Shown piece after piece: positions 12,318 to 23,249 of a stretch of 64,000 nt of DNA; the stretch's first letter is position 1; the number at the start of each line of letters is the position of its first letter. The notes beneath the pieces were generated by a model. The model was not told the origin of the DNA. It made no database searches and was given only the letters and a program-made list of their open reading frames with translations. This stretch comes from Paragordius varius. Taxonomy: Eukaryota; Animalia; Nematomorpha. A program made the position numbers and the translations under genes. Where the stretch lies: NCBI GenBank assembly GCA_964247055.1, contig OZ176057.1:4712001-4776000 (forward strand), written 5' to 3'.

Positions 12318-14598
12318 ATTTTTCAATCATTTTTTAAAACGCAACATTATTTCGAGTAAACCAATTTTTTAAAGATTAAAAAAAATTTTTTTTTATTTTA
12401 AGACAATTATTAGGTTTTTAAGTTAATATAATATAGTTTTAACAGTTGAATTATTATTGTTTTATCATCTGATGATATGTATGATTTTCAAACATTTTAA
12501 TTTTGCCCATAAATTGCATTTATTCATATTATTTTTTTTTCTTTTACAAACAACTTTAGTTTCATCTAATTCTATACATTGCGCTTCGTGAGTCTTTAGA
12601 AGTTTTTTTCCTTCACTCAAAAATCCTACAGTTGGCATACACCTTTTTGTATGTAATTATATTATTTTTTAATTTAACTATCTTTATAATCAAAATCAAT
12701 ATTTTCATAGTAAAAAAAAGTTTATTTGTTTCGAATTTTCTTTTTATAAAATATAAAATTAATGTGTAAATAAATATTACGATCAATAACCCACAAAAAA
12801 ATATTTTTTAATATAGTCAAATTTTGATCGAAAATAATAAAGATATACTATATTAAAGAGATAGTATTTAATTAATAATTTAGGTTGAATCAAGAAAATA
12901 GGCTTAAAATAGGTAGATGAATTTTATTGATTCATTAATAAAAGTTCAAATTTAAAATAGTGAACCAACTTGGAGTGTTCAGGGACCCACTTTGAATTGT
13001 CAAGAACAATCTTGAAGCGCAAATTCAATATTATATATAGATTAAGGGAAACTGTTGAAAAAAAATAATATAAATAAATAATGCAATTTATGGGCAAGAT
13101 TAAAATGTTTTAATTTACCATTAAATAGTGCTGATAAAACAACATAACTCTACAATAAATTTAAATTACATAACTTAATAATATTAATAATAAAATGGTT
13201 TTTAATTTTTTTAAAAAATGTGCTTTAAAAAATATTGCGTCTGGTTGACAAAATGTTGCTTTAGAATGAAAAGTTGTTTTTGCCTGAAAAGTGTTGCGTT
13301 TGGTTGAAAAAAATTTTAATTAAAAATGTTGTCTTTGTTTGAAAAATTGCGTTTGTTTGAAAAAATGTTGCCTTTGGATAAAATTGTGTCTTTGCTTGAA
13401 AAAAGGTTTGATTAAAAAATGTTGCGTTAGGAAAAATGTGCGTTAAAAAAATGTTGCGTTTGCTAGAAAAAAATTGTTTTGCTTGAAAAAATATTGTATT
13501 TGGTTGAAATGTTTTTGCATGAAAAATTGTATATATACAATATGCATTTTAGTGGGTGCTTATTTCACACTATAGTAGGGCAATTCGCAACACAGGAGTG
13601 TGTGGAAACAACAAAATTCCCTTTTCCATACACTCTTGTGTTGCGTTAAATAATCAACCATTAATGCATACAGTACTTTGTTACAAATAGGTTCGAATTT
13701 TGTATATGATACATACATGCTTGTTAAATTTAACTTTGCCATCCAATACAACTAGTCCTATATCATAGTATGATGAATGTTTAAATTTTTTGTGCATCAC
13801 ATGACTACCATACACAGTCTGAAGATATGGTTGGACAACTTTACCATATGTAGCATTTATACCTCTGTAATGAAGGCCCAATACATAAGTTAATTGATAG
13901 GGTGAATGTCCCCTATATAATATTTTAATAAATAAAAAAGTAAAAAATAAACCTTAAAATTGATAACAAAATTGAAGAGAGGTTATTTATGAAAACATAA
14001 ATAATATCATTAAATTGCTATATAATTTCTATTAAGTTGTTAGTGCAAATATTTTATAAAATTATAACTATTGAAATTGAGAATACGAATGATTTTATTT
14101 AAATGTTTTTAATTTTAATATTTTATCCAAGAATTTTACTTAAATGCATATGTTACATACTCTAAACAATGAGCAGCAGTAAGTATCAAGCGATCAGATA
14201 TTAGAACACCTCCGCAAATATAAAAGTCTGAAACATAAATGGCTACTTGCCAGGGCCAGGAATGGGGGTTAGCGGCATTTCCACCTATAATTTTGGCATA
14301 TGCATTACAGGGACTATTGTACTTTGGTAACACTGATATACCACAATCAGCCCCGTTTATTCCAGACATGTAGGCTTGCTTAATATAATTCTTAACCCTC
14401 AAATAATTTTTGTGAAGCAAGCTCACTTTAGCGTTTGCGGCTTTTTGTTTTCTAGCATGATCATGTATTACAGAGCCCGTAGTTAGTGGGGTGGAGCTTC
14501 CCATTCTGTTGAATGTTGACTCAGCTATATCATTGGTATCTGATGAGTGAATAAACTTGGGTATGTCAATAAACGCAGCCAGGTAAAATAAAATCAAT
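9538..14598 (-). CDS. Trypsin-like serine protease (S1A), copy A; first coding exon not identified
   Basis: Exons 14598-14161, 13912-13717, 11502-11409, 11135-11008, 9939-9538 join in frame with GT-AG. Motifs: IIGG activation site, TAAHC, DIGLVVL, IRPICIP, CYATGWG, ICAG, RDTCS|GDSGGP (Asp189 present). Confidence 0.93.
12310..13535. mobile_element. TIR element with ~20-bp subrepeats (aaaaatgttgcgtttggttg) in protease intron; paralog at ~38550-39595
   Basis: Minisatellite at 13215-13515 and 39310-39590, with an inverted counterpart (aacgcaacatt) at ~12340 and ~38570-38690. Confidence 0.55.
13538..13673. mobile_element. Small hairpin MITE (CAGTATGCATTTT TIR family), also at 39973-40124 and 63571-63828
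   Basis: Long internal inverted repeats (gcttatttcacactatagtag / ctactatagtgtgaaataagc in the 39973 copy) with TA flanks; three copies in the window. Confidence 0.7.
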
Positions 14599-14875
14599 CT
14601 GTAAAAATAAAATAAAAATGATGCTTAAATTTAACTCTTAAAGATATAATAAATTGATTATTCTTAAGTAAAATAAGGATATTACAAACCAAAACGACTG
14701 CCTAACGTTGCCCTCGTTTATATTGAATTGTATTAAAGATAGGGACCGAATCCAAGCTGAAAATGCAGTCAAAATTAAAGCCTTATTAAGGTTTTTAGTG
14801 AAGATGGTATATTACTTAAAAAAAGTATAAATTATAAAAACAAACCAATAATTCAGACAAAGATTGGACCGAACA

Positions 14876-14881
14876 TTTATA
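14876..14881 (-). promoter_or_regulatory. Candidate TATA box of the protease, conserved in copy B at ~41334-41339
   Basis: The block cattcaaca.cacacTATAAAt...gtccaat..tgtctgaat is conserved in both paralogs within diverged AT-rich flanks. No transcript evidence. Confidence 0.3.
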
Positions 14882-16266
14882 GTGTGCTGTTGAATGATTA
14901 ACATTTATTTGAATCTGAAAAAAAGGATGCAGGGATACGGAGAGGTGAAGTTTTTTTTTAATCAAAGGATTGGAATTAATAGAGGAAAGGATGTAAGCAT
15001 ATGTGGAAAACAGGCTAGATTTCTAATAGGTCTATGAAACACATGAAACAAATTTTAGAAAAAAATGTAGTTAAGTACATTGTACTAATATGGTACAGTT
15101 GATTAAAGTTAGAGGTAAACTACTTTAAGTAACTATGAAATAAAATTAATAAATTTCGTTGTTTTTGGAGCAGCATTAGGCATTCTTTGAATTAGGGGTA
15201 TTCCACATGCGACATTCCCATCTCTTGTGTGCGGCCCGTATTCAATAATTTGTTAAATATGTTCACTTTTAATAATTGATATTTTTAAATTTTACTAATC
15301 GAAATATATTATTGGCAAAAACTAGAAAAAATTGTTATATTGTGTATCAGTCTTTCTCAAAAATATTACCAATGAATGCCCATACATATTTAAAATGCAG
15401 TTAGCAAGGCCATTTTTTGTGTTGTGCCACCTTTGCTAATTTAAATAAGTAGGCCGTAGAGCTGAAAATGAAAATTGTTCATGTTCATTATGTGATTCTT
15501 TTATTAGTGTTGTCATTTTTCTTTTTTAAAATTTTTTAAATTTTAACTTATGAAGATTACGTATCTGATCACATAATAAAAAATTTCATTTTTTTAAAAT
15601 CTCTACTTGATGAACAAAATGCTATTATATTTTCCCTTAACATATGTTAAATGTAAAAAACAAAGTGATAAATCTCACACAAGGCAACAGACATGCATAT
15701 TTAATTCCCTTTTTGGCCATTTAATGGCCTAAAATAGCTCTCATTACGGATAAAATATGTGCTGTATTTGAACATTAAAATACCTGCAGTAGGAATTCAT
15801 TGTTTCAGTTGAGTAGGATTAGATGGATGATTTATAGGATAATAATTATATGAATCATAAAATTTAGTTAAATTATTATACCCTAAATAACATAAATATG
15901 ATCGACAACAATCGTCAATTTCTAATTAAAGTATTTTAAAAATATTTAAAATTAACTATCAAACTTATTTTAACCCAAATACTTATATATTTTAGCAATA
16001 TAAAAGAAGATAATCCTTTTATCAGGCCGGTCGAAGAGTACATACTCTTTTAATTCAAACGTTAAAAATAATTTATAAAATATTAATTATTTATAATATA
16101 ATTTTTCTAAAAATTGGCCCTATAAATATTATTTATCTATTTTTAATCCTATCTAAAAACAGGGATGTCCAACAGAAATGGCTTCGCCGGCCGCAATGCA
16201 AAATACATGCGCATTAACAAATATATTATTAATTTCAGACATAGGTAAAATTGTAAGTACTATTTA

Positions 16267-17908
16267 GAGTCATGTAGACTTTATTTTATTAAAGATTTAC
16301 TTTTTTTCGTTAATTGGGTATTAATATTTGGTAAAGAATATAAAAACAAGAGCTATATGGTATACCATATCATATTCTTTAAAAAATTAAAAGAAATGTG
16401 GGGGAAGGGTGTCAGAAATCTTTGCCAAAAAATGAAAATCTTAAATATTGTTTAAAGGGGAATGGTAATATTTTTGTTAATTTTTTGCAAAATTTTATAT
16501 ATTAATTGTTTTAAAATTTTATTTAACACTTAGATTCGAATTGGGGTATCTAAATATACCCCAGACTAAATTTGAGTTAGGATTTTAAAAAACTACTTAA
16601 GGAAACGGTCCGAATTTAATTCTATGTTTCCTTCCAATAAAAATTATATAAATATGCCAAAATATCTAAATAAAATTTTGTTTTGAAAAAAAAGTTCCAT
16701 GTCAAACAACTTCGACGCCATTTTTCTATATATTTGCAAAATGTCGTCTTCATTTAGTGTTAAGGAAATAAAAGATAATTTTTTATTTAAATCACATCTA
16801 ACCTTGATAGAAATAGAAGATTTATTTTCTTATTCTTTTTCAAATATTCCACACATGTCACGTTCACTAAATTTTTACCTTTTGGTTTTAGCTTAAATAT
16901 GAATGTGTTGTATCCAAGTGTTAAACAAAACAAATGGTAAAAAAAATATTTATTATAATTTTTTTAATAGGATATCACAATAATTAAAACAAACCTATAA
17001 CGGACAAATAATGAATTGTGTGTGTATATAAGGGAAAACATAGGAAATGAATATGGATTATATAGCGTTTGTAAAAAAATATTATCGAACTGAATTTATA
17101 TAAGGTTTTTTTGGATATTTTGCATTCTGTGGGTAGTTTATTGAGAATCTCATCGACAGTCAATTCACAATCACTATCGAGGATTGTTTTGACCTGCCCG
17201 ACTAGACCTTCATTGCATTTCGTTTTCTTACCCTTTTTCAATGGCTCTTTCTCTATTCCCGGAGTCATGCTTCGTCTCATAGCATTTATGGAACTTATAG
17301 ACATATCTAAATCATCTACAAAATGACGAGACGATAATTCGTGATTTCTGGGATTCCCGAAAATTTTATAGGCCTTAGACTTTTTTTCATCTGACCAAAA
17401 ATGATATTCTAAAATTAACAAAAACGGTACTTTTCCTTTTTTTCATTCCCGATCTCATTAACACCTAAATGAAAAAAAACCATCGTTGCCAGTCACACTA
17501 TATTGTGTGGGTCTTATATTTTTGTCAACATAATCTGAATCCAACATTATAAAGGAAAAAATACCCGCAATACCAGGGTTACATCCTAACGAAATTGAAT
17601 CAAATTGATTATTTAATATAGCATCTATCGTGAAAATCCTTTTAAAATCGTTTCCATAAAAAAAAATTATATTTGAGATAAAAATTACGATTTTTCTAAC
17701 CCTTTTATACAATAATTTTAAGTTAAGGTTGGTAGTTAGTGTATTTTCATTTTTTACCAAAGATTTCCGACGCCCTTCCCCCACACTTCTTTTACCTTTT
17801 TAAAATATATGATATGGTAATACCATATAGCTCTTGTTTTTATATTCTTTAACAAATATTAACACCCATTTAACCAAAAAATTTTTTGATAAAAAGTCTA
17901 CATGACTG
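16267..17908 (-). mobile_element. Tc1/IS630-like TIR element copy 1 (~170-bp TIRs, non-autonomous)
   Basis: (G/C)AGTCATGTAG...CTACATGACTG ends with TA flanks. ORF 16984-17421 encodes a bipartite HTH (VDDLDMSISSINAMRR; LTVDEILNKLPTECKISKKTLYK). No DDE domain seen. Confidence 0.8.
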
Positions 17909-18503
17909 TAGTTTTCCTATCACATATTTAAAATGAAAGTAAACTATTTTTTTTAATTTTTGGAGAAAAGTTGCATTATCAAAATATTATAATAACTATG
18001 ACGATTTTATGGGGGTATGTACTATTTGTGGATAAAATACTTACAGCCAAAAATTTGGCCAAAAAATTAATAGAACCGGAACCAAAATTATAAGTAAAGA
18101 ACTGATCTGACGGTTCCGGTTCCAATCCCTGCTTTTAAGCACATATTGTCTTTCTGTTTTGAACACTTATACATACAATTCCTAATTAACTCTTTGTATT
18201 TAATTATCAAATTTATAATTTGTTTAATTTTAACACAAAGAATGAAAAAACTTTCTTAAAAAACGATGATTTTCTAGTGAAGATTATTTGTGATTTAGAT
18301 ATATGCATCTATGGGCGTGATCATAGCCTCAAATTATCGAAATCGTCTTAAATCAAAATATTTGATTTAAATTCAAAATTTAAAGCAACACACACTTGTG
18401 TCATATTTATAATTTAAATAAAAACATTATTAGTACCACCATTTTCGGCCATACGAGTCTTGTTTTTTTTATCATATTTATATCTCCATTAGATTACGTT
18501 GGA

Positions 18504-18549
<46 letters not shown>

Positions 18550-18584
18550 ACATTAAAAGGTATAGAATTTATTATCAATATATT

Positions 18585-20326
18585 CTATTGTTCTTTACAT
18601 TGAGATAGATCAACATATATGCGGTGTGACATGTGTTCAGTCGAAGCTGATTTGCGATCTTTATATTGCGGATAAATGATAACTTCATACTCAGAATTTG
18701 GATCGAGGTTTGAAAAACGATATGTTCTGTCTTTTAGCTGTAATAATTTATATGCACTTGTGAAATAGATAAATGGGAACAAATTATATGGCACCACGGT
18801 AAAAACATAAGGAAAAGAGATTTATTAAACTACTATATAACTTACACCGAGTGTTGCCGTTTGAGCTCTTTCTCCTTCCACATTAGTTCGGCTTAAGGCA
18901 ATGCGTAAATTTTCGATCCCATAAGCTTTAGCTATGTGATCGGGAACGAGGTTTTCAATATAAACAACGAGATCTTTTGTCCTACCTTCATTGGAGATGG
19001 TGGCGCTTGCCTGCTTAATTGTAGCAAAAGATTTGGAAATATCTATCGTTCATGATATACAGTAAAAAATTAGAATGGTAAAAAATTACAGGTTTAAAAT
19101 AATTCATCAAATCATTGATTTTTACCATTCTGTTCAAGTTTATATTCATCTCCATGGGCGGTGACTAAAAACGAAAAAAAAATATAGATTTAATATCAAA
19201 AATCTTTAGCATATATGACAGAATGCCCTAAAAATATGTAAATATGCTATATTATTTAGCCAAATACGTACGTCATCATGTACAATAGGAGAAAAATATA
19301 TTACCCTTGAAGCGCAAATAATCTGCAAAAGAATTACGACTAGTATCACCTTGTTCTGCCAGTACCCACAACATGTATTCTACATTTGTAAGCAAATTTT
19401 TCAATTCAAACGTTGTGTCCTAAACATATATATAGTTAGTATTGACGAGCATATAATTATTTTTATTTCTATTTCTATTTTTCCTTTTTTCATGAGAGGG
19501 AATTGGTGCAAAAAATATTAACTAGCCTTTACCATATTTTCGTCGTTCTCTCTTGCGGGACCGTTGACTTCATACAAATGAGTTGCATTGAAATACGGCC
19601 AGAGTTTATAGGGATACCTCATTGGAGTATTTTTGATCCTTCGGTTGGGTTCATCGAAAGAAGCCATCACAGTATAATAAGTGTAAGGAACTGTGCGAAA
19701 TCCAGACATACAGAGCCTCAGATTACGTACACCCATATTTGATGCATCAGTAATCTTGCATCCTATATATATATAAATTTATGATAGGAGTTAAATTAAT
19801 TTTATGTTTTTTAAAAAATTTCACATCTATATTTAATTAATACAACACAGTTTATTTTATGTTGTTACATCACACAAGCTATTCAAAACGAAGAGCAACT
19901 CCTAAGTGATTAACTGATATTTATGTAGATTTCATATTCAAAATAAGGTCCTGACTTTTAGCTAAAGTATTTTAAAGTTAAGTCCTTCTTATATATTTAC
20001 TAGTTAATTAATATTTGGCGCCCTCATAATTATTAAAAAACGATTTAATTGTAATTATTTCGGGTTTTACAAATATATCAGTTAAATATTATCAGAAAAA
20101 AACTAAAATAAATTGAAAACCATATTGATTTTCATTTCTAGGCCAAATTTCATGGCTAATTTTCTTAAAATTCATGTTATCACTCTAATCATATTGAAAT
20201 TATATAATTTTATTAGAAAATAAAAATTAAATAAGTATTACCGTATTCGTTGTAATATCCCTGCATACAATCCGATATAGGGATAATTACAGCTAGGATA
20301 GCGAAAATAAACCTTATTGCAATCAT
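18585..20326 (-). CDS. Secreted protein, ~259 aa: signal peptide plus two divergent fibronectin type III-like domains
   Basis: Exons 20326-20242, 19762-19533, 19419-19305, 19042-18846, 18737-18585 with intron phases 1-0-1-0 and no stops. N-terminus MIAIRFIFAILAVIIPISDC. FN3 E/F-strand motifs TFELKNLLTNVEYMLWVLA and TYRFSNLDPNSEYEVIIYP. Confidence 0.85.
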
Positions 20327-21074
20327 ATTTAGAATCGAATTGCGTGTAATTTGGCCAAAAAATAAATTATAATTTTTGATATAAATGAACTCATACATAT
20401 ATATGTCTTAACCAGTCCACTCAAATATTTGTTAAAAATGTAACCTTAATTAATTTTAACCTAAAAGAGACTGTTTAACGCAATTTTAGCGGTCCTAATA
20501 TCATAGATTTAAAAGGGTTAGTGTTAAGCTAGCTGGCGAGGAGCGAATTCGATCGACGACGGAAGTGTAAATAAATTATATTATTTAAATAAGACAACAA
20601 TCTAGTTTATACCAGTTAGTGTGTCAATATTTAGATATAACAAAATAAAGAAGTGTTAAAAATATCTTTATTATAGGCGCACATTAAATATTCGATAGCT
20701 AAGAACACCAGTGTTACGGATATTAAAATAAGGCATTCGATTAAAATACGCGAGAAAAAACGTATAAAAGTTTTTCTGCTATGAACCACGATTAAATTAC
20801 ATTATCAAACATAATGTTGCACATATAAATAAAGGCCCAGAAATATTATTATTATTATCTATCATAAAAATTGACAAAAATTATATATAATACTGTTTTA
20901 AATTTTTGAGGTAAATGGTGTAATCAAATAATATATATAATTAATTAATTATAATTACAGTTTAGAGTCTCTTTTTTCCTTTTTTATTAAAGGGTAAGGA
21001 CTTAAATTTATATCCGGACATGTGAAGGCTTTAACACTCGCCTGCCCAGGGCTGACAGTGATGATGGAAAAAAA

Positions 21075-21147
21075 TGCGTAGTTTCGGGGTTCAAACTCTG
21101 GCACGCAGAGTTAGAGTCCGGCGCCCTACCTACTATACCATCGTGCC
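21075..21147 (-). ncRNA. tRNA-derived sequence (pseudo-tRNA or SINE head)
   Basis: 73 nt with A-box-like TGGTATAGTAGG and B-box-like AGTTTGAACCC, followed by T7. The acceptor stem does not pair, so it is not a functional tRNA. Confidence 0.45.
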
Positions 21148-21151
21148 TTCT

Positions 21152-21182
<31 letters not shown>

Positions 21183-21299
21183 GTGAATATAATTATAAAG
21201 TATGTAATTGTGTTATTTTTCGTATATTTTTGAATGTAATTATATTTGTTAAATTAGACGTATGTGGACATAAATCCTTACCGATTTTTCGTTAGCAGA

Positions 21300-22190
21300 C
21301 ATATATTTTTGAAGGGCAATAATTGATTATTTTTTTAAAATATTGTTTATCGGATTCGACACATTTCACCTATCTTCAATCACCATTTTTCATCGTATAT
21401 TTTATTGCGGTGTTGCTGCACTAGTGCATAAAACTGGGGAACGTGGGCTATAATAAAACTTTTGGTTTTGGTCATTAAGCGTGATATGAGATAAATATCA
21501 TCACTTTTCGGCCATTGTAAGATATTGGAAAATACCAAAATTTGCGCTCGTTAGCATAAATTTTTGGTAAAAGCTATTCTCAAATTTATAGTATCACTAG
21601 TTCATACTAGGTTTATATTGGAATGAGCCAAAATCTAGCGTCATATTTTTATCATTCAGCAATAATGTCAAACTTTCTGCTTGAAAAATAACATTTGCGA
21701 AATGCCCTTTTCTATTCCTTCCATCTGTAGTATGAATTGTAATGGGTGAGGTGGCTTTATTTTGTCAATCCAAAGCGGAAGAAATTGTGGCTTTAACATT
21801 TAATCGATTCGGCAATAATAATATAACCGGAATATTGTGCATTATAAGCTTTATGAAACCGTTATACACAACGTTATCTCCTCAAATGAACAATTTAAAT
21901 TATGCAATAGTAATCAAAAAGGACTGGAATGGGCCAGGCAGGCAAGGCAAATAAATTTTATTGCATAACAACAATGCTCCATCCATATGACACAGCACTC
22001 GAAAAAATATGTTTTAAAATGGCTATATGGGAACTAGCCGTATTCTCCTGACATGACGCCATCTGAATGGCCTCACATCAATGGGTTGTTACACGTTAGA
22101 GCAGCACTTTACTTTTAGAGGCATCGGAGAATGAACTGACAAATGGTTTGCCACACAAAAAACAATCAGTATTTAAGGCAGCATGTTATT
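21300..22190 (+). mobile_element. Decayed mariner-family transposase remnant
   Basis: Degenerate motifs KICAR* (WVP motif, ~21540), LHNNNAPS (~21961, DNA motif) and PYSPDMTPSE (~22048, YSPDLAPSD motif). Boundaries approximate. Confidence 0.7.
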
Positions 22191-22691
22191 CATCTAATAA
22201 TTTAAGGGGGGTGAGGCAAAATCTGTTAAAGCGATAGAATATTTTGAATAAGTTAAATGATTGATTTATCTTATTAGGTATTTACCAAATAACCGGTATA
22301 GACTTATGACTACACTTGGTGAAATAATAGAACTTTTTTTGGCTACCCGCCTTTTGTCGCAGATTTTTTTATTTAAATATTTTTTTGTTTTTTCTATAAA
22401 AAGTCAACCTTTAGCAGTGTTAATTAAAAATCAATTAAAATTAACTGTAATTTACAAAATTATAAATTTTAATTATACCATACACTTTGATATTATTTTT
22501 CAAAATTATGTGGAGTCAGAACGAGTATTTACGACATGTTACTCTGGTTTTCTTTTATATAGAAATAGTTTGAGGATTTTTTTTGATTTTCAAGGCCCTT
22601 TGTAGTTAATATGGTTGATCTTAAGAACGTTAAATATTGGAGAAAAATTAAATACGAATTGGGACCAATTAAAAAAATATTCACATCTTGT

Positions 22692-22729
<38 letters not shown>

Positions 22730-22859
22730 CAAAAATATCTAATGACCGTTGTGATTAAGGTTTTATGTGATTCAAGACAATTATATTGAATTAAAATTTA
22801 AATAGTTGCTTTTATTAACGTTAGTAATTATTAGATAATTTATAAGGGACTTTCTCACA

Positions 22860-23249
22860 GACATAAGCACTAAAGAAATTAGAAGAAAGACGCTTTGAAC
22901 AAACAGAAATAAGGATTGATGTGCGGTGTAACAGGAAAGATAAAGTGAGGTGTCTATACATTAGAGGAAATACAACCGTTAACTTAAATGATGTGATTTT
23001 ATATCGTCTTAGGTGGTGTCTGAGAAAAATATGATAACTACATTGGTAAAAAGATGTATGAATAAATTGTGTGAAAGGTAAGAGGGGAAGAGGCGCCCCA
23101 AACGAGATGGATAGATAAGGTTAGGAAATATATGGCAAAACCGAACCTATCTCGCAAAAACGCCATTGACAGGGTTCTTTTGCTAAATAGTTTACAGATA
23201 TAACCGCTCGAAAGAGTGGTATCATAATTTGTAATTATTATTATTATTA
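22860..23249 (+). mobile_element. 3' fragment of RTE-type LINE with (TTA)n tail
   Basis: Degenerate VKGKRGRG.P..RWID C-terminal motif at ~23070-23120; ends in attattattatta. Confidence 0.6.

Noticed and set aside
18072-18123. Short inverted repeat GAACCGGAACC...GGTTCCGGTTC
   Set aside because: A single short occurrence; it may be a tiny MITE remnant but no TSD or second copy is evident.
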